Positions 53,393-64,000 of a stretch of DNA of 64,000 nucleotides are shown piece after piece. Origin of the DNA: Ophelia neglecta. Its lineage: Eukaryota. The position numbers and the translations under genes were made by a program. The notes below the pieces were generated by a model, which was not told the DNA's origin, did no database searches, and saw nothing but the letters and a program-made list of their open reading frames with translations. Where the stretch lies: the NCBI GenBank assembly GCA_965285935.1, contig OZ260661.1:104780001-104844000 (forward strand), given 5' to 3'. The number at the start of each line of letters is the position of its first letter. Within the stretch, counting starts at the first letter, position 1.

Positions 53393-54974
53393 TACGTTTA
53401 CATTGAGAGCAAGTTCCGTCCCTATACATTTGTATATTTACTCACGAGTAAACGATGTTATCACATATTCTAAATTCACCAATGTAGATCTACATATAGA
53501 TAATGACCATGAACAAATACACTTGCCAGAGACAATTGACAATGATTAATGCCAAGTAATTACGTACACTGTAAATTATACCCACCAAATCCGGTCCGTT
53601 TATTCTATACCATAACATTCATCTATTGCATAACTGTACCTGTCTATATATGGGGTCCGGAGCTTTATGAAAGAATATGGTTGACAAGTTTTTTTGGCAC
53701 ATTCCATGGTAACACAGTTATTCACAGCTAGGCGCACTATTTTTCCCGGCATTTTAGCACTGATCAGTTGAATGGATATTGGAATTGATGGTCCCATTTG
53801 ATCATGTTAAGGTTTAAGAAAAGTAAGTGATTATTTTATTTTTCAGATAGGTTTGGGATTGTGTGTTCAAAATTGATAGATAACAAGGCGAAGAATATTT
53901 GAATCATGTTGATTCTCCGATGGGCGCCAAATGTAATATTGAATAGCGAAGTTTTGCTTTTCTGCTTGCGACCAGTTGTTAGATAATAATAACAAATTTT
54001 GTGATTTGAATGATGTACATGTTGTAAAAATGTAAAAAGGCTTTATTTTTATATCTAATAAAACACATGCATAATATATCCAGTCCCCGTTTTCCTTATT
54101 ACTTCTCACAATTTATTAAAAAAAAACTGTTTCTAAGACAAAACATAAATGTTTTTTTCTTGCTGAAAGATCTAGTCATAATTCGCATTTAATATTGCCA
54201 AAGTCCAAACATTTACAAAACTAGACAGGATTAACCATTTACTATTTCTAATTTTATATTCCAAAATAAAACTGTAAACAATGGCTTTCGATTTTTATCC
54301 TATATAATTTTCCTAATACCTGTTACAAAGAAAAATAAAAACCCTTTCTCATTCCCCTTAAATAATTTGTCTACATCACAGTTCCCAAAGAAATCGGCTT
54401 GTATGAAGGGATCTTAGCCTTTGGACTACGACTTTGTCTCAACCTTCAATTGTCACTTCTGTAAAAACATTAGGCAAATCACATGCATATAGTTTTGTCA
54501 GAATCCCTGTCATATTGTCACACTCTATAGTCCGTATAGTATTTAGTTTTTTTTAGTTGTATTACAGTTTGAACAGTCCTTTACAAACCTTAACAGGCTA
54601 TGAATTTCTAAGTTCGCCCACAAGAAATTTCAAGTAGTAAGAGATTGGTTGGCATGAAAGGGTAATAAGCACTATTTGAATATTCGACGCCTGTTTAGAT
54701 GGGCCGTGAAATAGATCATTGAAACCTACACATTCTCATAGCCGTGATAGGAAATTTCAGAATAACACCCATATCAAAAACCACAAAGTTAAGCGATTGA
54801 CAACCGACTCCAGAAATAAATATTGAAAAAGCAGTTCTAAAAGGAAAGGACACAACAACACATACACGTATCCACTGAACCCTCTTTGCTGAACTTGCTG
54901 CTGTGCTTTTGATTTCATGTTATTGTTTGAGATCATCAAGATCCATAAATTCTATGCAAAAATATAAAATATTG

Positions 54975-57020
54975 TGAATGAATGAATGAATGAAATAGTT
55001 TATTTGGTTTTTTTTTCATCGAGCATTACAAATATAAATACAATTTACAAGTAGAGGGGGAAAAAAGAACCTGGACGCCAGCAATGGCCAGAGGCTGTGT
55101 ACGCTGGACGCCGGGAGATACGCACTTTGTTATTCAACAATTAGTTAATTAGGAATATATAAATATAGAGATTTGGCATAGACTTTTGTATATGCACATA
55201 CAGACACAGACACACACGTATTTATACAAACACGCGTGCATACACACATACATGTATATAAACATATACCTACATACATGTACATATACATACATAACAC
55301 ACACACACATACAATAGGCACACACATACACATAAAACAGATACATGAAACAAACAAAAAAAAAACAAGGGGAAGTAGTAATGGACAATCAGACAGTAAC
55401 TCAAATTAACAAGAGAGCGATTGTTGATACAAAAAAGTGTCTAATCAAAATTACCACAATAAGTGTCTGAACAAAATTAACGAAAACATAAATAGACAAT
55501 AATATTAACCAATACTATAATTATAATGAACACAAGTGTACCTGGCAACAACAATATGCATATAGCATTCACGGAAGTATATAGATACACAGCAGTCATC
55601 TAGAGTGTTACAGTACGAGCAGGTAAGGAGAGTGTGCATTAATGCAATTTAGTATTATGAGCAGTTAAACAAGTGTAACAGTTCCTAACCTGGCAGACTT
55701 CGCTATAACTATTCAAGAGCCTTTTTTTTATTCTCTTAATATTTGTTACATCAATCTTAAATTTAGTTTGTGTGTAACCGACTACAGAATTGATTTTGTA
55801 AGCGATATCGTTTTTCATGATATTTGTTCGAGCCCGTTGAACAGGTATAGCGTTTTTCCGGCGGGTATTATAACCATGTGGAGTATTAGGTAGAGTTAGG
55901 CAGGATAGTAGGAAAGATGGACATTTTTTGTCGACAGCATTACGATAAAGTTTTAATCCCTGGATAATAAAAAGGTCGGTCAGTTTCAGGATTTTAAGCT
56001 TTTTGAAAAGAGGATCAGTGTGTGCGATGAAGCTGGATTTAGTTACAATACGAATAGATCGCTTTTGCAAGAGGAACAGCCTTTCTAGGTTCTTGGGATG
56101 ACACTCGTTGTGCCATACAAGTAAGCCATAAATTAACTGAGAATGGATTATCCCAGAATAAATCATTTTTAAGACATCAGTTGGCAGTTTGTATTTACTC
56201 TGTTCAGAATTCCATTTAATTTGGCAATTTTTTTGGGATTTGTTATCAGTATTACATTTCCAAGAAAACGTTTCGTCGAACCATATGCCCAAAAACTTGT
56301 ATTTTTCAACTAGCTCAATCAGGTGACCTTCAATGGACAGGTCGAGGGTAGAGTGATATGGAGGTAAGGATTTGTGCTTGCTGCGAAAGATTATGTACTT
56401 GGTTTTTTTTATGTTTAAAGAAAGTTTATTTAACTTTAGCCAAGCATAAACGTTGTCAAGTTCCACATTAAGTTGAAGATACAGATCGATAATGTCAGTA
56501 TTATTAAACATCAGACTCGTGTCGTCGGCAAATAGTACAGGATGTGAGCTTGACGTAGCCCGACAGAGATCATTTACGTATATTATAAAAAGTATAGGGC
56601 CTAGGATGGATCCTTGTGGCACTCCACAATTTACGGGCAATAAAGAGGACTGGACATTATTATAAGTAACAAACTGCTTACGAGAGGAGAGGTAGCTCTT
56701 AAGTAAATCCAAGCATTTCCCTCGGATACCATAAAAGCTTAATTTATGTAGGAGTATTGCATGATCTAACGTGTCAAATGCCTTAGATAGATCGAGGAAA
56801 ACTGCTGATACAAATGCATTACTATCCAGCCCATTTGATATATAGCTAAGTAACTCCAGAGCGGCATGTTCGGTAGAATGCTTACTTCGGAATCCATACT
56901 GTGACACAAAAAGTAGATTGTATTTGGTAAGAAAACAGGTTAATCTGTTATATATGATTCTCTCGAATATCTTGGACATGGCAGGAAGCAGGGAGATGGG
57001 TCTATAGTTTGTGTTATTAA
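54975..57020 (-). mobile_element. 5'-truncated young CR1/L2-group LINE (RT, 3'UTR and (ATTC)n tail)
   Basis: RT ORF, then a 3'UTR of about 660 nt with a TG-rich tract, a CCAGC..GCTGG stem near 55070-55110, AATAAA and an (ATTC)4 tail at about 54976-54993. Confidence 0.9.
55180..55345. repeat. Degenerate CA/TA-rich microsatellite in the LINE 3'UTR
   Basis: ACACACACATACA-type low-complexity run. Confidence 0.85.
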
Positions 57021-57102
57021 CCTTCTTCATTCTGTTGCTGTCACCTACATAGTTCAACATATTTTCTTGACGATGTAGTATATCATTTCCTTGCCCAGTC
57101 AT
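55639..57102 (-). CDS. Non-LTR retrotransposon reverse transcriptase (CR1/L2 group), N-terminally truncated
   Basis: NYRPISLLP, QYGFR, FLDLSKAFD, GVPQGSILGP, LFADDT, KFLGI, C-terminal CQVRNCYTC. The first 27 or so aa appear to come from flanking DNA. Confidence 0.92.
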   Translation of the reverse strand: MTGQGNDILHRQENMLNYVGDSNRMKKVNNTNYRPISLLPAMSKIFERIIYNRLTCFLTKYNLLFVSQYGFRSKHSTEHAALELLSYISNGLDSNAFVSAVFLDLSKAFDTLDHAILLHKLSFYGIRGKCLDLLKSYLSSRKQFVTYNNVQSSLLPVNCGVPQGSILGPILFIIYVNDLCRATSSSHPVLFADDTSLMFNNTDIIDLYLQLNVELDNVYAWLKLNKLSLNIKKTKYIIFRSKHKSLPPYHSTLDLSIEGHLIELVEKYKFLGIWFDETFSWKCNTDNKSQKNCQIKWNSEQSKYKLPTDVLKMIYSGIIHSQLIYGLLVWHNECHPKNLERLFLLQKRSIRIVTKSSFIAHTDPLFKKLKILKLTDLFIIQGLKLYRNAVDKKCPSFLLSCLTLPNTPHGYNTRRKNAIPVQRARTNIMKNDIAYKINSVVGYTQTKFKIDVTNIKRIKKRLLNSYSEVCQVRNCYTCLTAHNTKLH

Positions 57103-57251
57103 TAGTATATTTTTGTTATTACCTACCAGGTCTATTCAGCATTGATATTATTTCTAGGACATTCGAAAAAGTTTATTGTAAAATGAGACTGGTGAACTCA
57201 GGGGGGTTCTCTCTATAAGACATAATAAGGTCACGATTGTACAAAAACCAG

Positions 57252-57443
57252 CCCTTAACACTTACCTCGCAAAATATATAACCCTTATCACTGACCCAAT
57301 TTGAAAAGGATATCCCTAATCACTGAAGAAAAGGTACCCACAATCAATGACCAAGCAAAAAGGGTACGCCTTATCACTGGCCAACTTGTAAGAGGTATCC
57401 CTAATTACTGGCCAAGTTAAAAAAGTGCTCCTAATCAGTGACC
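57252..57443. repeat. About 30-bp degenerate tandem repeat (MITE-internal type)
   Basis: CCCT(T/A)ATCACTG-like core at about 57252, 57282, 57314, 57337, 57368, 57399 and 57429. Confidence 0.75.
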
Positions 57444-58594
57444 GGTCTTTAAAATGGCTTTTTAGTAGTGAGAAGTGTAATTGTCCATATAATTATGCAG
57501 ACAAATGAAGATACCTAAATGATAATACCTTGCTTCTCAAATCTAATAGAACTTAATTTTGAAACTCAATTTATATACAAATCCTTAATTATAAAAACTT
57601 TAAGTACTTAAACTTCCACAAAAAGTCATTTCAAGAAAACTTCCAGAAATGTCACATCAAGACAGTTGTTTGAAATAACTCTGTGAACTTATGGCTCGAA
57701 ATGACCCCCTCAATTCTTACCAAAATTGACAATATTGTATCAATAATATCAATGGAACTCTTAGTTACTCATGCTATTTGCATATATAAGCATTTTTGTT
57801 AATTGTACTGGATTTAATATTTACATTTTCAGGCACAATATCATCAATGATTTGTATAGTAGTCATAATTTCCATATTAAACAGACAGAATGCAACTTTA
57901 AATATTTTCCAACTTCTTATTTTTGTATCGTTTAGCCATTCCTTATGTAGTATAGAACTTGAAATTTGACATTTTTGACATGCAATTACAGTTTTAAAGT
58001 CCCAAAACAAGCTTGGTCCGTGTATGGTCAAAATTCACCTAATTATGAGAAAAATTAGAAAGGAATGCGTTTTCTATCTCAAAATTTACTTCCAGGACAT
58101 TTGTCCCAAAAATGAATAAAAGTTTTAATATTCGTAGTCAATCTTAAAACATTTTAACAGCTAAACATACTTAATGACAAGTTTTACCACTACCTTAATA
58201 TTTGCCAATATTAAGGATGCAAGCACTTCACATACGTCTTCATAATACGTTGCACAGTCCCCCTTGATTATTACGCAGCGTGTGGTGACAAGTTCATCAA
58301 GGAAGTTAAAGCGAAAAATAGTAGTGAATTAAAATAATAAGATCATGTTCCAAACAGAAAATCAGCTAAGTTTAATTAAGCATATGGTAAAATTGTAGCT
58401 GAAAAATAAGACAGAGGTTAAACAAATAAAAGGTGTTTGAAACAGCCATTTTGACCCACTCAACCCACCTACACTCAGCCAAAGAGCCCTCCGGTAACGA
58501 AGGCCGTCATGAGCTGTTGAAACATTAACCAGTTTAGCTTCGAGGGTCACGAGGAACGACTTGTAGCTGGATCCAGAAATATTAAGGAGAGAAT

Positions 58595-59670
58595 GGATAG
58601 CCCCCTGCTTGATAGATATCAAGTCAGAGGCCTCTTCTCCGCGGCAGGTAAAGATTTCCTGGCTGCTATGATACGGAGAAAAAACTAAACGTTGAAACGG
58701 TCCGTGATGCTGGTAATGGTATCGGCCGGAACTTGAGAGAATGAACGAGAATCAATCAGAGAATTTACTATCTTTAATATCATAATTATGTGAGCTGAAC
58801 CTTGACTCTTCTAGATTTACGAGACTCCTATTGAAAGTTTTCTAAAATGGAGGAAACACTACTGGTGTTTCATTACCTGTTAGTTGTCAACCTTGCTGCT
58901 CTCCTCTGCATCATTTGTAGTCTGGGACCTGGTCTTGACTGCTAGGGTTCCAAGCTGTCAGGCAGTACTCAAGGATCGAACGTACCAAAGAGAAATAGGC
59001 CGCACGTTTAAGCTAATAATTCTAAGGTTACTTAGGACTCCCTGGAGATATCCACCCATAAGTATGTTGTGGTCTCGTCCACAGAGATATCTTAACCCTT
59101 AATGATGTAGTTGTGGACTTTTGGTTTGACCCTATAAAACCTTAAAATGCTACACTTTTCAGGATGAAATGACATGCCACACAGTTTCTCCCACTCGGCC
59201 AGTCGGAGCAGGTCCTGCTGGAGGAAGGATGCTGCAATCGTTTAATGATGGTACTTCCCTAAACCCTATGCAGTCATCCGCAAATAATCTAGTCCCAGAC
59301 CCAGCACTAAGTTAAAGATCATTTATGGAAATGGAGAACGGCGTCAGTCCCAGTATACTGCCTTGTGGCACGCCACTGATCACAGGTGCCGGGTCCGATG
59401 CAGCCCCATCCTCCAACACTCTTTGGATTCTTTTACCAACACCTTTTAGGTTCTTCCGACAATGAATTACCGTATCAATTTCAGGGGTCCTCGTCTGACA
59501 CCATATTGGTTCAGCATGAGTAGAAGTCGCTCTTTAGGTACATGGTCAAACCCTTTGCTTAAGTCCGAATTTTGCCAGATCATGCTGCTTCCCCTTGTCC
59601 ATGGATTTGGTGAGCACATATGCCAACGTTAGCATCTGAGTCTCACAATTCATGCTGATAATCCGTAAAG
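58595..59670 (-). mobile_element. Decayed CR1 LINE RT-to-C-terminus fragment
   Basis: CETQML, SMDKGKQHDL, LSKGFDHVP, SGVPQGSILG, RLFADDC, LQQDLLRLAEWEKLCGMSFHPEKC, LVRSILEYC..WNP, QRRAAR. Multiple stops and frameshifts. Confidence 0.88.
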
Positions 59671-59699
59671 GACGTAATTTGAGTCAAAGTGCTGCATGA

Positions 59700-60327
59700 T
59701 GTTATGTCACACGATCTAAGGGGCTATTTGACTTTTTAATTTTTCTAATTGCAACCAATTATCTAGCTTGACATTTATTTATCTTTCCCCCTTCGCTACA
59801 AACTCGTTTGCGTCTGTGTAGGTTAAGTAACATATTTCTTATTAAGAATTGTTGATTCACTGTAAGATTTACCTTAAATTAAATCATAGACACTTTAAAA
59901 TAGATATAATACAAATTTGAATTGCTTAAAATAAGTCATATGTTTAGCAATATACATATAGGCTTAGACTGGTTTCGCTAAAGTTCGACTTTTATCCATA
60001 TACATGTAAAGTTAACTATCTGTCCAAAAATGCAATCGGAAATCACCAAATACCAAGATAAGAACATATGTTTTTGATCAAAACCTGTAGTTTGTGATGT
60101 GCAACTCGGGAAATAGCGTCGTCACGGATGTGACGTCGGTCAGGAAGTGACGTCGCATAATGGCGTTGCTGGTGGAAACGTTGCAGGTGCCATATTAAGT
60201 GATAGCGAGATGTCCACTCATCATTTCAGCTCCTTTCTTTCTCATGGCTTTCTGTGTCAATCATAGCAAATGGTCGCACACGTTTATGTCGCGAGATCAC
60301 AAATTCTCCACCTTTATACAGGTATGA
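59700..60327 (+). promoter_or_regulatory. Promoter / first-exon cassette, copy A
   Basis: TGACGTC (60131), GGAAGTGACGTC (60143-60154), ATAATGGCG, GCCATATT, TCGCGAGA, donor CAG|GTATGA at 60321/60322. Homologous to copies B and C. Confidence 0.55.
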
Positions 60328-60364
60328 AAAATCTTTACTTTCAAAGGCTCAATCCCAGCGGTGC

Positions 60365-60495
60365 TACTATTCGCGTAAAGCGTGTAGCAAATGTATCCTC
60401 CAGCCTGACCTGCCCCGACTGGCCGAGTGAGAGAAACTGTGGGGCATGTCATTCCATCCTGAAAAGTGTACTATTCGCGTTAAGCGTGTAGCAAA
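60365..60495 (+). other. 75-bp inverted copy of a CR1 segment flanked by a 27-bp direct duplication
   Basis: 60396-60470 is the reverse complement of 59151-59225 (69/75 identical). TACTATTCGCGT(A/T)AAGCGTGTAGCAAA occurs at 60365-60391 and 60469-60495. Confidence 0.9.
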
Positions 60496-60794
60496 AAAAA
60501 ATTTCTGTTGTGATAACTTCAGTGCTGTACTCTGATACAGGGAAGACAATTCTTTCCTTTGTTTAAATATTAGCAAAAGTTATCTTATTCTTCTTCTCAA
60601 TCCCAAATCTAAATCCCATCGGAGGTACTGTTCTCATACAAGAAAAGCCCTCTGCTTTGTACTTGAGAAGCACTGTGGCGGTTTTATAGTAATTTTCATT
60701 GATAGCGATATCATTCAATAAGTAGTATTATTATATAACTAAAACAAAGTTGGCTTTTGAAATTGGCATTTTTATGCATTTATAGCTTTAACCA

Positions 60795-61630
60795 TTTTAT
60801 ATAACTAAGTACTGATTGACGGTGAATCGTGGCTATGATTATTTCCGATCCCTCACAGCTTCTATGTTATATATGCAATATTTCATGTGTTTAAGGGGCT
60901 ATTTCGACTTTTAATTTGCTACTTCTAATCAATTATCCAGCCTAACATAAGGCTATCTTTCCCCTTTGCCTCATACTCGTTATCGTCTCTGTAGGATAAG
61001 TTACATACTTCTTATTATGAAATGTTGATTGAAAGTTAAATTTGCACAGCGTATCCCTACCATTATCCCCACCCCAGTCTAAATACCCACTGATATTATA
61101 TATTTTAAGGACCGGACTCCGGGGAAAAGTTTTGTATTACAGTAAAAGATATTGTACGGTAAGGCTTATAATAAAATACGTATACCCAGGCTTTTTTTCC
61201 AAGCGGTATGATGATTAAAAGCGGCACAACTGGATGAGCGATATGGTGTACTTGACTAAAAATCGCCCACACTTCCCGGGGTCCATTGATCTACTGGTTG
61301 ATCACACGTTAAACCATCCATCTAATAGGGACATCCCCATAATTTCAGTCTTGGTGGCATCAAGGACAATAGGCTCTCTTTTTTTTAACGAAAACAGCCA
61401 CTTTGTGTTCAACGCCACCCGGGAGGGGGCTTCGCCTTGGAGGGACGTCGGCCGGGAAGTGACGTCGTATAATAGCGTTGCCGATGAAACGTTATCAAGG
61501 TGCCGTATTTGTAAGCTACCATCATTTCGTTTCTCTATTCCTCAGCGCTTAATGTATCCGGCTTTAAGATTTGTAATGTGCCAGTTTCTGTCGTGAGAAC
61601 TCCCAGTACTGCCCATTCTTGCAGGTAAGC
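60795..61630 (+). promoter_or_regulatory. Promoter / first-exon cassette, copy B
   Basis: 60890-61040 is homologous to 59717-59870. GGAAGTGACGTC at 61455-61466; donor CAG|GTAAGC at 61624/61625. Confidence 0.55.
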
Positions 61631-62863
61631 ATTTCCCAATATTTATTATGATACGGCTAATTATAAGCATATCCTTTTTTGTAAACTTCATTATGTTAAT
61701 GACTAAATTCCATTTGGGATAGACCTACTATTGTTATATAGACGTAAGTTTTGGAATAGGCCTACGTACTATGGTTAAATAGGAGTAAACTGTCTGCTAA
61801 ACTAAACTGTCGATGTTTCCATTCATTCAGCCACGGTTTATATAACATTTCCTGAAGCTACTGGTAATTTGATTACGGATTTAGGGGATGTTCATTTTCA
61901 ATGGGGGGGGGGGGGGGGGCATATGGGACAAGTCTAAAAGAACTGTCCTCCTCTATAGGGAGCGGGAAGGGGAGCGGGATAAAGGGAGAGGGGCCAGAGG
62001 GGGATGGGGGGATATTGCCTTGGAATACCCGCTTTCAACGCTCAACGCTCAACACAGTCTAGGCATTTCTCTCTGTCTACAATATGCAAAAATTTTCTCT
62101 GCAAATAACACACCGAGGTGGAAACGCGATTGCATTTACTGTGAAAATCCTGCTTGCGTTTTAACGCAAAATCCCAGAGGGACAACCTATGAAATTGTTG
62201 AACCCGATTTTTTCGTTATGATAATATCACCTATTTTAAAGTATATGATATTCCTTATAGCACATAGAATAAATTATAATATGGCTGTATATACTGACCA
62301 TGGATTTGAGAACACGCGCATCAGATAAAAATGGCCAGTGACCGAGGCAATACTGTAAAGTTGTAAGCTATATCTACCTAGGTGTAGACTATAATTTAGA
62401 CAGAGGTATACATGGATAATGCTGAGTATGTCCTAGTTTCAATATTTAAGGATCGCCAATGTGTCGATATTATAGATAATTCCAATATCGTGTGTCAATA
62501 TTTAAGAAAACATGTTTTGAGCGAATAGTTAAAATAATTTTAGTGTTAGGGACAAATGATATAGGCCTATAAGCCTTGTACTATATTAACCTGCACACAT
62601 TGCCTGATGCCATTTATGCTCGTCTTGTGGATTCATAATAGATCTACTGCTTAAAATTTTAAGGTTTTATCACGAAATATCTAAAAATTATACCATTTCG
62701 ACGAGTTAAGTTTATTTCCTAGGGGGGGGGGGAGGTTAGGTGCCATGGGGAGTAAAGATGTCATTTTTTATGCTGCTTGGGTTGCCAAATATGAGAACAA
62801 GTAAATCCATTGTTCTAGAAAGAGAAAAAAAATTCCAAGTGTTTAAATTAGTTTTCCTTTTAG

Positions 62864-63033
62864 GCTCTTCCAAGTACACAGACAATGAACACTGGCCAAT
62901 CTGTACTTTACCATTACAGACAACTATATCACCATGAAGCTTACCAGAGGAACGCTTTCAAATATAACTCAGAGGTATATATTTGGGGAATTAGTCCAAT
63001 GAGAGTGACACATCTCCTAACACAGATCATGTG
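62864..63033 (+). CDS. Candidate internal or start-codon exon downstream of cassettes A and B
   Basis: TTTTCCTTTTAG acceptor and TG|GTAAGC donor; one frame open throughout (ATG at 62885: MNTGQSVLYHYRQLYHHEAYQRNAFKYNSEVYIWGISPMRVTHLLTQIM). No recognisable domain. Confidence 0.3.
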
Positions 63034-63289
63034 GTAAGCCGCCCTCCCATAGACACATAAACACACCCCTTCTTCTTCCCCAGATATCCTTCCAAATTTT
63101 TCGCATAAAAGCTCTTGTTTAGGGAAGTCAACTTTGATATAGGCCTAATATTTGTGGGTAAAACATCAAGTCGAAAAACTAAAAAAACTTCTGTATTTAT
63201 AAATGCTTCTATCCTGTGTAATATAAGTTAGTATTTGTAAACACGTGAATAGTTACGCAGTTCTGGGTAACTCATTATCCTGCTGAGCC

Positions 63290-63575
63290 GGCCTGTACCG
63301 ACCGCTGAAGAAACTTGCCAATATTTAGGCCCGATCTCTCTCAGCTAGAATTATTATATTTAATTACTAAATACTGATAGAAGGTGAACCTTGCAATATT
63401 AGGCCCGATCCCCCTCAACTGCAAACATATCATTTTATAAATAAATACTGATTGACGTTGAATCTTGCCAATGATTAGGCCCGGATCTTCTAAGCTGAGA
63501 TTAGATAATTGTAAAACTAAAATGCTGATTGCCGATGAACCCTGCCACTGAGTAGGCCCGATCCCTCAGTATAAG
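63290..63575. repeat. Four-copy degenerate tandem repeat of about 75 bp
   Basis: TAGGCCCG at 63326, 63400, 63476 and 63553 (spacing 74/76/77). A single related unit lies at about 60795-60860. Confidence 0.85.
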
Positions 63576-64000
63576 CTAAGGTACATATTTCTTATTAAAG
63601 AAATGTTGGTTGACAGTAAAATGTGCATTACATTAGATCATTGGTTGAAGGCAAGATACTTAAAAAGTAGATTATTACAAATGAAATTGCATAAAAATAG
63701 CCTAAAATTTTGCTAACCACATAGCGGCTTAGAATAATTTACATGTATTTGTCAACTATCTGTACAATCTAAAACTGTATTAGGTAAACACCAAATCCAA
63801 GATAAGAACATATGTTTTGATCAACATGTCTAGTTTGTAATGTGCCAATCGGAAAATAGCGTCGTCAAGGATGTGAGGTCGGCCCGGAAGTGACGCGCAT
63901 AATGGAGTTGCTGGTGGAAACGTTGTCGAGGTGCCATATTTAGGGGGTCGCGAGAGGTCCACTCATCATTTTACTCCTTTATTTCTCAAAGCTTACTCTG
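63575..64000 (+). promoter_or_regulatory. Promoter / first-exon cassette, copy C (truncated by window end)
   Basis: 63740-64000 is collinear with 60001-60255 (CCAAGATAAGAACATATGTTTT, AAATAGCGTCGTCA, GTTGCTGGTGGAAACGTTG, GTCCACTCATCATTT). CCGGAAGTGACGC at 63884-63896. Confidence 0.55.

Noticed and set aside
55145-55388. Cys/Val/Met-rich ORFs
   Set aside because: Translation of the TG microsatellite in the LINE 3'UTR.
57021-57102. ATG start of the 487-aa RT ORF
   Set aside because: It lies in flanking DNA beyond the LINE truncation point; the in-frame fusion is fortuitous.
57252-57443. CRISPR-like 30-bp repeats
   Set aside because: Degenerate and contiguous, with no spacers or cas genes, in a eukaryotic context.

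Overview
This is AT-rich, intron-containing animal genomic DNA, probably from a marine invertebrate (inferred from the repeat types). It is not prokaryotic: I found no operons, CRISPR arrays, rRNA or intact tRNA, and most of the ORF track is noise. The one convincing host gene is on the + strand. Four phase-compatible GT-AG exons (49186-49230, 50758-50968, 51088-51239, 51627-52219) encode about 333 aa of a single-pass membrane protein of Shisa/WBP1/VOPP1-like architecture: Cys-rich ectodomain, one TM helix, juxtamembrane Cys clusters, and a cytosolic tail with both PTAP and PPxY motifs. Its N-terminus is unresolved; a candidate signal-peptide exon lies at 33679-33743. The rest is largely transposon debris. 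It includes one young 5'-truncated CR1/L2-group LINE (about 54975-57020, minus), an older CR1 (about 58595-59670, minus), many decayed LINE and Gypsy fragments, several MITEs, Helitron/Helentron-type non-autonomous elements and satellites. The most notable non-TE observations are: (1) a triplicated ETS-CRE/YY1 promoter plus non-coding first-exon cassette at 59.7-64 kb; (2) a 75-bp inverted copy of the neighbouring CR1 flanked by a 27-bp duplication; (3) a 160-bp hairpin that reads as a Pol III A/B-box unit on both strands; (4) a decayed antisense FN3 exon; (5) strong enrichment of TAGGCCTA/TACATGTA palindromes. All calls were made by eye, without database searches.
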